A stretch of DNA of 57,581 nt from Candidatus Micrarchaeota archaeon. Lineage in GTDB: Archaea > Micrarchaeota > Micrarchaeia > Anstonellales > Bilamarchaeaceae. Shown piece by piece: positions 19,496 through 28,045 of the stretch; within the stretch, counting starts at the first letter, position 1; every line of letters starts with the position of its first letter. The notes under the pieces are model-generated. The model ran no database searches, was not told where the DNA came from, and saw only the letters and a program-made list of their open reading frames with translations. The position numbers were made by a program, and so were the translations under genes. Location of the stretch: NCBI GenBank assembly GCA_018812625.1, contig JAHJDH010000031.1, positions 1 to 57,581 on the forward strand, read 5' to 3'.

Positions 19496-20569
19496 TTATT
19501 TTTCAATTAAGTTATTTACCCAATCAACTGCTCCAGAAAAAATGAAATTTTCTTCGGTTAATTTTGGAAAAACTCTTTTGTAGGCAGTTATTAGTTCCTT
19601 TTGTGATGCCCTTTCCTTAGGACTTGTGATTATGAAGATCTCTTTATCCCACAATGTTTCCGTAAATAAGAATTTTGCAGTTGCATCAGTTAATGGCATG
19701 GAATAACCTACAAAAGTTATCTTTGAAGAATCTTGAAGTGTCTTGCGAGCCAATGACCAAATGAGATTAATTATTTGTTTTTCTGAAATCTCTGCTTTAC
19801 CTAAAGTAGGAGGAATAATCATAGGCTTTTCATCCAAATGATAATCTATTGAGCTATATGGTATGACTTGGCCAGTATATGGAGAAACATTTTCTTTACA
19901 CCAGTTCTCCTTATGCACTAGAGCGTCTATGGGAAGACTCCGCCTATCATATCCTTTTTTGACATACCAATTAACCGATCCGTGTAATTTTAATAATTTC
20001 ATAGCAGTGGTGTCCTGTTCAACTAATGAATCCATTACCATTGAAGTCGATGGCCTACAAAAAAATCCATAACCACCATCAGGATGCCAATATGGTTTTT
20101 TCGCTCCATCTGAACCCAAATCCATAACTGGATTGAGTTTATGTAATTCTTCATCAAAAAGATCATCGTAATTAAATGTAACACAATCCACACTGTTTTT
20201 AAAACAATAATCTGCCAACTCCTTAAAAAGAACTGAGTTACTCGATTCTCTTTTAATGTTATTTATTTTATTAATTAGAAAATCCTCAATTGAATCCAAT
20301 AACACTCCAAGTTCATTTCTTTCGCTTGGTTTATCATAAGGCATTTTAGATACTAATCTCGTCATTAAATTTTCTATATTTATCTTTCCATCTTCCGACA
20401 ATCTTTTCTCTGATTCATATATGGAATGTGAATATTTTGATACCTTCAAAAGCGGACCAATCTTATTTTCTAATTCATCAGTATCCATCCTAAGTAATGG
20501 TGCATCTGGGAAAAATGCTTTTGTTAAGCCTGCACCGAAGATAAATGTTTCTTTGTCGGATTTGCTCAT
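19496..20569 (-). CDS. SIR2-like (SIR2_2) domain protein, putative defence NADase
   Basis: FIFGAG, VTFNYD, LLKLHGSVNW, IIPP, FVGYSM. Confidence 0.85.
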   Translation of the reverse strand: MSKSDKETFIFGAGLTKAFFPDAPLLRMDTDELENKIGPLLKVSKYSHSIYESEKRLSEDGKINIENLMTRLVSKMPYDKPSERNELGVLLDSIEDFLINKINNIKRESSNSVLFKELADYCFKNSVDCVTFNYDDLFDEELHKLNPVMDLGSDGAKKPYWHPDGGYGFFCRPSTSMVMDSLVEQDTTAMKLLKLHGSVNWYVKKGYDRRSLPIDALVHKENWCKENVSPYTGQVIPYSSIDYHLDEKPMIIPPTLGKAEISEKQIINLIWSLARKTLQDSSKITFVGYSMPLTDATAKFLFTETLWDKEIFIITSPKERASQKELITAYKRVFPKLTEENFIFSGAVDWVNNLIEK

Positions 20570-20894
20570 GGCTATAATTGGCTCTAGAGTTAATTAAAAA
20601 CCAATACAATACAATTTCATGATTGGATTTGTCCTTTTAATTGGCATAAAAAAACATACCATCTAAGTAAACCAAAATAATTCACACACCGATACGGTAA
20701 ACTGAAAACACACTAAAAACACCCAAATCCATTCTTTTGGGCAGTTTACCCCGCGTAAGCCTACTTGCGCGATCAGGCTTTGCAACTCCATATTGTATAA
20801 GTAAACCATGACCCAAAAAATGTGTTTTTGCTAAATTGTTGGGTTTACTTATATGGTTATTAAACGGTTAAATTGGTTTACTGTATGGATATTA

Positions 20895-21221
20895 TTATTG
20901 ATTTTTAGTTCCCCAGTGCTCGATCCTGTAGAGAGCTTCTGTACAAAGCAACTTGGATCTTCGCTCAGTAACTGATATTGGAAGGATGTTGTCGCCAAGA
21001 TTATTGCCCATACCACCCATCTCAACATGATTAAATCCTTCACACTCTGCTTTAAATCTGGCAAACTCTGCTCTTTGAGAAGGAACTATTAATCTCTGTG
21101 GTGGTGGATAACCGCTAAGAAAAGCAACCCCCCATAATGCTGTAACAACTGCCGCAGTTTTTGCTGCAAAAAATAAGTGTTTACGATTTGTTTCTTTTTT
21201 ATCAGTTTTTGTTTTCTGCAT
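20895..21221 (-). CDS. Orphan with basic leader and signal/TM segment
   Basis: MQKTKTDKKETNRKHLFFAAKTAAVVTALWGVAFL; TATA about 25 nt upstream. Confidence 0.6.
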   Translation of the reverse strand: MQKTKTDKKETNRKHLFFAAKTAAVVTALWGVAFLSGYPPPQRLIVPSQRAEFARFKAECEGFNHVEMGGMGNNLGDNILPISVTERRSKLLCTEALYRIEHWGTKNQ

Positions 21222-21363
21222 TATATATTTACTCATCCAATATTTATAAAACTAACTTTTTGTCCCATTATTTATCACAATCAACTAATACTCCATTTCA
21301 CCCAAATAGGTTAGCCCCCAGAGCCAAAACAGGCCAAAAGAATGGATTCATCGTCGAATGATT

Positions 21364-21627
21364 TTAGTTTTTCCTTGTGCGATCACTTTTGGCAGCTTCA
21401 ATTCTTCCAATTTCATCCATTATTTTCCGATCCAGATCTTCCGGAGGATCTGGTGTCATTTTCTTTAATGTTTCTTTGACTAAACCTTCCAACTCCCGAA
21501 ACTCCTGAATTTTCTTTTCTGTTAACGGACGCAATTTACCATCAAAGCGCTTGTAAGATCTTGTTGAATCTGGATGAGTGCATTTCTTTTTACTGAGCCT
21601 GGCAGTTATATTATCTTTTTGATTCAT
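21364..21627 (-). CDS. Small orphan protein
   Basis: Upstream region related to that of 20895..21221. Confidence 0.55.
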   Translation of the reverse strand: MNQKDNITARLSKKKCTHPDSTRSYKRFDGKLRPLTEKKIQEFRELEGLVKETLKKMTPDPPEDLDRKIMDEIGRIEAAKSDRTRKN

Positions 21628-21868
21628 AAATAGTTTATTCAATTAATATATTTAATACATTCCTTTTTTATCCATATATAATAACTTATTAAATATGACT
21701 CTTTGAAACCAATTAGTAGGCCTCCAGACCCAATAAAGGCCAAAAGAATGGAATAGCAAAATTTTATCGACGTAGAGAATTTTTCTGAAATTGAAAAAAA
21801 TTACTAACAGTGTGTTTGTGTGATAAAAGAGACAAAAACACATAAACTTTGGCTTAGCAAAAACAAAA

Positions 21869-22345
21869 ATGGAAATTAGAAAAGCGAAAAAATCTGATTT
21901 GGAAGAAATTTTCGCGCTTGGTTTTAAATTGCTAAAATATCACATGCAATACAATGATTATTACAAACCAGTAAAATCAAAAAAAGAATTCAAATCTGGC
22001 CAGAAAAAATATTTTACTGAACAGCTGCAAAAAAGAAATTCACTTTTCTTGGTTTTGGATGATGATGGGAAATTGGCTGGTTATTCAATTGCCAAAGTTA
22101 CTGCTAATCCTCCAGTTCTTAGGGAAAAGAAACGCGGTGAATTTGCCGAGATCTTTATAGATGAGAAATATCGCGGTAAAGGATGGGGCAGCAAGATGCT
22201 TGAATATAGTTTAGCATGGCTTAGCAAGAAAAAAATCAGGCAGATTGTCGTCAAGTATGATGCAAAAAATCAATGGGCAGAAAACCTATACAAGGATGCG
22301 GGGTTCAGTCCATTTCAGAATGAATATGAGTTAATTCTTAAATAG
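21869..22345 (+). CDS. GNAT acetyltransferase
   Basis: MEIRKAKKSDL...FIDEKYRGKGWG..ML...N..A.NLYKDAGF. Confidence 0.9.
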   Translation: MEIRKAKKSDLEEIFALGFKLLKYHMQYNDYYKPVKSKKEFKSGQKKYFTEQLQKRNSLFLVLDDDGKLAGYSIAKVTANPPVLREKKRGEFAEIFIDEKYRGKGWGSKMLEYSLAWLSKKKIRQIVVKYDAKNQWAENLYKDAGFSPFQNEYELILK

Positions 22346-22363
22346 ATGGTGACTACAAAAATA

Positions 22364-22380
22364 AAAATGTAGTCACTACA
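22364..22380. repeat. Left 17-bp inverted repeat flanking the Fic gene
   Basis: AAAATGTAGTCACTACA, exact reverse complement of 23323..23339. Confidence 0.85.
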
Positions 22381-22383
22381 TCA

Positions 22384-23313
22384 TTACCTCGTTTTTAATC
22401 TCTTATATTCTCTTAAAATCAATTTCAGCATTGGTTTAATGTTTTGATTTTTTTGGTATGACTGAAGTGCAGCATAATATGATTTTCGATTCTTTAATTC
22501 AATATTAACTGGTGGAAAGTTATGTTTAAGTAGGATATTTATTAGCAGCAATCTCCCCACTCTGCCATTTCCATCTTCAAATGGATGAATATTTTCAAAT
22601 TGATTATGGACAATTGCAGCTAATACAAGTGGATGATAATTCCCTTTATTTTCATCATACCATTTCACCAATTCCTTGAGAAGAGAAGTTACCTGGGCTG
22701 ATGGCGCTCCTCTATGGACAACTCCACCATAACGATCTAGTACTGCAACTTCTTTTCCTTTACCCCTAAAATTACCTGCGAAGGATTTGGAATTTTGAAA
22801 CACGATTTTGTGCAATTTTTTAATTAATTTTAAGGAAAGATGCTCATTTGCCTTCCTTACATATGAAACAGCACCAGCAACCCCATATGTTTCGGAAATT
22901 TCCCATTTTTCTTTATCTGGCCATTGATTTTTCTCTAGAATTCCTTTGACCTCATTCTCAGATACTGTGGAGCCTTCAATTGCATTAGTATCATAGGTAA
23001 ATGCTTCTGTAAACTTTAGCCAATTATCTTCACTTAAATGATGGATATTAATCTTTCCGTTTACTATGAGTGTGTTTAATTCTTCCTTTTCATCATTTGA
23101 AAGAACAGTCTTGTATGGATCAGAAATTGATCCGATATCTCTGAGCATTATCTCTAATCTGGATTCTGCTGCATTTCTCTTTGATTCTATTTCTTTTATG
23201 GATAAATTAGAGCCCAGGTAAATTCTGATTTTTTTAATCTTCTTTCCTTCTCTGTAAGATTGAGCAAGGTAGTATAATGTTGCATTCCCTCTTTTTCTTT
23301 TCTCAATATACAT
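22384..23313 (-). CDS. Fic-domain protein with internal inhibitory helix (class II-like)
   Basis: HPFEDGNGRVGR active motif; TNAIEG matches (S/T)xxxE(G/N). Confidence 0.92.
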   Translation of the reverse strand: MYIEKRKRGNATLYYLAQSYREGKKIKKIRIYLGSNLSIKEIESKRNAAESRLEIMLRDIGSISDPYKTVLSNDEKEELNTLIVNGKINIHHLSEDNWLKFTEAFTYDTNAIEGSTVSENEVKGILEKNQWPDKEKWEISETYGVAGAVSYVRKANEHLSLKLIKKLHKIVFQNSKSFAGNFRGKGKEVAVLDRYGGVVHRGAPSAQVTSLLKELVKWYDENKGNYHPLVLAAIVHNQFENIHPFEDGNGRVGRLLLINILLKHNFPPVNIELKNRKSYYAALQSYQKNQNIKPMLKLILREYKRLKTR

Positions 23314-23322
23314 TGAATGAAT

Positions 23323-23339
23323 TGTAGTGACTACATTTT
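23323..23339. repeat. Right 17-bp inverted repeat flanking the Fic gene
   Basis: TGTAGTGACTACATTTT. Confidence 0.85.
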
Positions 23340-23410
23340 ATAAATATTCCTTTAAATGTGACTACATATGCCAAGTCATCTCTTCATCAAAGTAACTTAC
23401 GAACAAAAAA

Positions 23411-23443
23411 TTCAAGAGTGAATATGAACTAATTCTAAAATAG
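23411..23443 (+). pseudogene. Duplicated 3' end of the GNAT gene 21869..22345
   Basis: Reads FKSEYELILK* versus FQNEYELILK* at 22313..22345. Confidence 0.7.
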
Positions 23444-23454
23444 AATTAGAATTA

Positions 23455-23946
23455 CTAAGAACCATTTAGATTATTACAAATATAAACTTCAACATATCTC
23501 GTATCTCTCAGTGATACTTCCAGTCCAATTCGTGCAACTGTTTGTCCTGCACCGCATCTTCCCAGTGGCTTGACCTTCACATCCTTGCTGCCATCTTTTT
23601 TATGAAAAACAAAATATGCAGCTCTGTATCGATCATCATTGACTTTTACGACGAGATTCTGTCCAATTCTTGCTGTATTGTATAAATAACAAAATCCATC
23701 TTGAGCTTCCATGGAAAAACCTTCTTTGTGCTCAGCAACTGTGAGTGATAGCTTCTTGACAAGAGTTGGACTGAGAGCAACAATACGAACTCCAAACTCA
23801 GAAGATTCCTGCGGAATGTTTTTTCCAAGTATCTTTGAAAATTCTCTTGGATCTGTTTTCAAAAGTCCCATTCTAAACGCAGCTCTTCGAAGAGCAGAGC
23901 AATCTGGTGCGCTCTGAGCATATGTTTTTGCAATTGATTGTGCCAT
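23455..23946 (-). CDS. Orphan protein
   Basis: 163-aa ORF with TATA about 25 nt upstream. Confidence 0.65.
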   Translation of the reverse strand: MAQSIAKTYAQSAPDCSALRRAAFRMGLLKTDPREFSKILGKNIPQESSEFGVRIVALSPTLVKKLSLTVAEHKEGFSMEAQDGFCYLYNTARIGQNLVVKVNDDRYRAAYFVFHKKDGSKDVKVKPLGRCGAGQTVARIGLEVSLRDTRYVEVYICNNLNGS

Positions 23947-24036
23947 TTTAATCTTATAACTATCACTTAAATAATATATAAAAGTGTGTGTCCTCCTGGG
24001 AGGATGCAGGTACCAACAAATCTAGATTCTAAAAAA

Positions 24037-24351
24037 TTATTCTTTTACATGATTATTGATCACAACATTTGCAGCAATCATTATCATTTCATACTTTGTT
24101 GTAAATGCAAGTTTGATGAGCGCATCTAGTGTTTCCCCATCAACAACAAATCTGGTTGTTGAACTATGTGCTTCGGGGGTTTCCCGAAGTGAATCTATAG
24201 CGCGGAGTATATCCACTAATTCTTCTGAATCTAATCTCTCTCTTCCAATAGCTGATTGAAAAATAGTTCTTGGGCTTGTTCCATCAAGTTTTGGTTCTGG
24301 GATTTTGAATTTATTCTTTATCCCTGGCAGTAATCTCTTTAAGCGCTTCAT
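24037..24351 (-). CDS. Orphan protein with basic leader
   Basis: MKRLKRLLPGIKNKFKIPEP; TTTATAAA about 25 nt upstream. Confidence 0.6.
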   Translation of the reverse strand: MKRLKRLLPGIKNKFKIPEPKLDGTSPRTIFQSAIGRERLDSEELVDILRAIDSLRETPEAHSSTTRFVVDGETLDALIKLAFTTKYEMIMIAANVVINNHVKE

Positions 24352-24391
24352 AAGTTAATATGGTAAAGAGGGGTTTATAAAGATATAAAAA

Positions 24392-25390
24392 TTATGCTCT
24401 TCTTCTTGGTGGGGGAAGCCTTCTTTCCTCTTGTGGTGCGATCACAGTAGGATCAATCATGCTTCTTTTTGGGTTTCGAATTCTTGGCTGATATTGCCTT
24501 CTAATATCTATCTTATGGTCGCTAAGCAACCTGTAGAGATGTTCATCATTAAGGATAGTTGCCATTGGCAATGTCTCGCTATGTCTGCTTCCATCTCTCT
24601 CAATATATCTCACTTCAACAGAATCATCAACTGCCCTAAATGCATGGCTATAATCAGCATATGTTTCTTCATGAGAAACATAGTTTACTGATTGTACTCT
24701 TGGATGATATATGCAAACAGTTCTTCGAGCTACGGTCTCACGATGATAAATAATATCTTTTTTATGTCCTGCTCTAAGTACGTCAGAAACTCCTGGGATA
24801 TTGGGATTTTCCGGGTTGTCTCTTCTCATTCGCTCATGTTCGGCTTCGATTTGCTCTTGTATCATCTTGTTCTGTTCTTCAGTAAACTGCGGGGACATCA
24901 TCCATTTTCCTTCATAAGCTCCATATTCTCTATGATTCCATCTTGCGCTGACTCTTTTTTGAGTCTCAGGATCTATGACTCTTTTGGCAATATCTGGAGC
25001 AGCATTGAAATCCATATGTCCAGTACTGCCAAGTCCTGCCTGCTCATCCACAATATCAACTATTCTGGAAGTTGGAAGAACCCAGCCAAAATGATCAGCA
25101 AGTCTTCTTGCTAGCAGAGGAGACATTGGAACTCTAACATAATCACCATCACTGCCAATTGCAAAATAATCAGGAGCAACGCGAACCCTCATCTCAACTT
25201 GAGCTCCATCTATTACTCCTGAAACTGCTATTTCATAAAAATTCTCAGGCCTCATAAAACTTGGCATATTTCCTCTGATTGCTTGCTGAAATATACGCTC
25301 TTCAATCTGTGGCTGGGAAAGATTTCTGACACTTGCTATGAACTGTCTTCCAGTCATGTCGTCTTTTACTCGAGGCGGTGGTGGAGGCAT
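24392..25390 (-). CDS. Uncharacterised protein of a mainly bacterial family (PDY.AIGSD / AGHKKD / YADYSH motifs)
   Basis: APDYFAIGSDGDYVRVPM, LPT.RIVD, LRAGHKKD, H..TYADYSH. Confidence 0.75.
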   Translation of the reverse strand: MPPPPPRVKDDMTGRQFIASVRNLSQPQIEERIFQQAIRGNMPSFMRPENFYEIAVSGVIDGAQVEMRVRVAPDYFAIGSDGDYVRVPMSPLLARRLADHFGWVLPTSRIVDIVDEQAGLGSTGHMDFNAAPDIAKRVIDPETQKRVSARWNHREYGAYEGKWMMSPQFTEEQNKMIQEQIEAEHERMRRDNPENPNIPGVSDVLRAGHKKDIIYHRETVARRTVCIYHPRVQSVNYVSHEETYADYSHAFRAVDDSVEVRYIERDGSRHSETLPMATILNDEHLYRLLSDHKIDIRRQYQPRIRNPKRSMIDPTVIAPQEERRLPPPRRRA

Positions 25391-25476
25391 AAAAATAACT
25401 ACTTGCTAGAAGTTTATAAAATTAACCAAAATAGAAATAGAGGAAAAACTAAAAAGATTTAAGAAATTCTAAAAGT

Positions 25477-25965
25477 TTATCTTTTTCTTTTAGACTTCTT
25501 TTTCACTGTTTTCTTAGCTGCTTTTTTCTTAACAACCTTCTTCTTAGTTGTTTTTTTCTTCGTAGTAACTTTCTTCTTGACTGGTTTCTTAGCTGCTTTT
25601 TTCTTTACAGCCTTCTTCTTAGGTGCTTTTTTAGCTACTTTCTTCTTCGGAGCCTTCTTTTTAACAGTCTTTTTCACTGTTTTCTTAGCTGCTTTCTTTT
25701 TAGCAACTTTCTTCAGAGTTTTTTTCACTGCCATTTTTTTAGCTTGTTTTTTCTTGTGATCCTTTTTGACAACAGAAACCCTACTTTCTATTATTCCCCG
25801 ATGGAATTTTGTATCTAGTTGTGTAACTACCTCTTCATATTGATCAGAACTAACATCCATGGTCTTGGAACTACCACAACGAGAACAAAGAAATTGACCA
25901 TTGATGTAATCGATGGGACGAGGCAATTTCCCACAACCGGCACAAATTTCGATTGTGTCTTCCAT
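25477..25965 (-). CDS. Zn ribbon fused to a histone-H1-like Lys/Ala-rich tail
   Basis: CAGCGK...FLCSRC then about 90 aa of KKAAKK/KKTVKK repeats. Confidence 0.8.
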   Translation of the reverse strand: MEDTIEICAGCGKLPRPIDYINGQFLCSRCGSSKTMDVSSDQYEEVVTQLDTKFHRGIIESRVSVVKKDHKKKQAKKMAVKKTLKKVAKKKAAKKTVKKTVKKKAPKKKVAKKAPKKKAVKKKAAKKPVKKKVTTKKKTTKKKVVKKKAAKKTVKKKSKRKR

Positions 25966-26057
25966 GATTTTGTATCAACTGCATAATATAAAAACATAAC
26001 GAATAGTCTTTTCATGTAAAAAAAGAAGAATCTAAAAGATATTAAGAAATTCTAAAA

Positions 26058-27980
26058 CTATCTTACACCAAGGAATTCCAGGCCCAAAATAAGCCTATTG
26101 TCAATTCCAACTGCATTATGAAGAAGCCTTCCTTCAGATGTAACATATGTTCCAGCATATCCATGTTCATCAAATAGTTGGGACTGGAATGTTGGAGCTC
26201 TTCTGTTTCTGCCATAGAACCTCATGGTTTGATCAAGTGCATCACCAGGGCCCCGATAAAGATTACCATAATCCAGAAGATCTGTTTCTCCATCAGGCAT
26301 TCCGATTGCAACAACATGTGGTCCATTTGGCGTATTTATTGAAGCAACAATTGTTGGAACTCCATTTGCCCTCATAAATTCAGCCATGAGATGGTGTATT
26401 CCAGCACATACAGCAACTCCATTTCTAAGATCTTCTGGAAGTGGAGTTCCGCTGGAATGTGTTGAATAAAATTCAGTGTATCTTTGCAGATATCCAAACA
26501 TATGAGACATTGTTGCATTTGAAATCCTCTCAACATCCGGATTCAGGAAATCTGTATTGTTTAATGCATCCTGAACTCCATTGGCATAAGCAACCTGTTG
26601 CATGAACGCACCCATGAATCTGGCAGTTGTTATTACTTCGTTTACAGGTGCCCCATCATAGAGTGTGGAAAACTCTTGGATTGAACCTGCTGATCTAATT
26701 CTGCTTTTAGCAAGATTTACTTGTGCGTCTATTTCCGGATTTCCAGATCTTCCAAAGCCATAAACTCCTGGATTTTCTGCTGTTGGGAAATCTGTTTCAG
26801 CAAATTCAATATCTCCTGCTTGTAGATGTTCATATGTAAAAGTATTTGTTGAATTAAATGATTCTCCACCAAAGACAATATTGAGTCCAACCATAACCAT
26901 AGGGTCCCATCTGCCTCCTAGGAACTCTGACCAGTGTGTTGCTCCACCACCAACATAAACATCTCCTTCAACAGTATCGCTGAAGTTTATTGTCCTAGTT
27001 ATTCTTGCCCCAACTCTTTGATTGATTCTTCCGTATTCTCCAAATAACCTGGCAGTATACTGATCTTCTAAGAAACGATATTGTGCGCCAAATTCAATAC
27101 TCTGGAATTCTGGTCTGTAGTGGCCAAAATATGCAGTTTTTATTGGATCTGGTGCTGCAAAATAAAAGTTTGGCATACCATAGATCATGAAGTTGTGAAT
27201 TTCAAGAGAAAGTCCAGTTGCCAGATTAAGGTAAATATCATCCCATTTTGGATATGATAATGCCCCTCCGATTACTGCTCCAAGCCTAAGCCTGGCATTT
27301 TCTCCAAGTGGCTGAGAATAACCGAATCCAACTGAATGAGAAGTATACAAAACAGATGGCATATTTCCAAGTGCTGCAACGCTTCCATAATAAGCTAATT
27401 TGAATCTCCAGAAATTAACTGAAGGCCTGATCATCAATCTTGCAAATGGAGCTGCTTGTGGACCAAACCAGATATTCCCCCCATCAAACCTTATATCAAG
27501 AGGCCTTGGAGTACTTCCGCTTCCGCGAAGACTGTACATTACAGTACCAAAAACCGCAGAGCCTGCTTCATTTGCATAAACGTTTCCTCCGAGATCCCAG
27601 GCATTATCCAAACTAATGGACCTTCTGCGTCCGGAAATGTTCACTTCAGTTGAAAACGGAGAAAGTTCTCTGTCACTATAATCAATTTCTGCTTCGGCTT
27701 CAGCAGCATCAATATGTGGCCGAAGCTGCAAATGTAAATCTCTTGGAGGCTCAACATCAGTCCTTTCCTGAGGCTCTTCCTCAGTAGGTTCTTCAGCTCT
27801 AGGAGCTGGTTCTGCTGGCCTTGGTTCGGTTTGTTCAACAGGATCAGGAACAGTAGCATCTTGAGCATGAGCAATATTTTCTTTTAATGGAGAAAATGCA
27901 ACAACAGTAGCAGCAATTGCAGCAACTGCAAGTTTCTTAATTTTTGACGGTTTCCTCTGATTTCTGTTAAGCTTCTTCAT
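26058..27980 (-). CDS. Secreted protein: predicted beta-barrel-like domain plus transglutaminase-like domain
   Basis: Signal ending AHA-Q; amphipathic aromatic beta-strands; GVAVCAGIHH...GPHVVA...LLDYG Cys-His-Asp. Confidence 0.7.
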   Translation of the reverse strand: MKKLNRNQRKPSKIKKLAVAAIAATVVAFSPLKENIAHAQDATVPDPVEQTEPRPAEPAPRAEEPTEEEPQERTDVEPPRDLHLQLRPHIDAAEAEAEIDYSDRELSPFSTEVNISGRRRSISLDNAWDLGGNVYANEAGSAVFGTVMYSLRGSGSTPRPLDIRFDGGNIWFGPQAAPFARLMIRPSVNFWRFKLAYYGSVAALGNMPSVLYTSHSVGFGYSQPLGENARLRLGAVIGGALSYPKWDDIYLNLATGLSLEIHNFMIYGMPNFYFAAPDPIKTAYFGHYRPEFQSIEFGAQYRFLEDQYTARLFGEYGRINQRVGARITRTINFSDTVEGDVYVGGGATHWSEFLGGRWDPMVMVGLNIVFGGESFNSTNTFTYEHLQAGDIEFAETDFPTAENPGVYGFGRSGNPEIDAQVNLAKSRIRSAGSIQEFSTLYDGAPVNEVITTARFMGAFMQQVAYANGVQDALNNTDFLNPDVERISNATMSHMFGYLQRYTEFYSTHSSGTPLPEDLRNGVAVCAGIHHLMAEFMRANGVPTIVASINTPNGPHVVAIGMPDGETDLLDYGNLYRGPGDALDQTMRFYGRNRRAPTFQSQLFDEHGYAGTYVTSEGRLLHNAVGIDNRLILGLEFLGVR

Positions 27981-28045
27981 AAAATACCACGTTATATAAT
28001 TAAATAATAGGGTATTTAAAGTTACAGATAATCAATCAGAATGGA

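Noticed and set aside
9631-20569. Integron cassette array
   Set aside because: No attC-type RYYYAAC...GTTRRRY palindromes recognised between the genes, and no IntI.
22384-23313. IS element, suggested by the terminal inverted repeats
   Set aside because: The enclosed ORF is a Fic protein, not a transposase. It is kept only as a non-autonomous cassette hypothesis.
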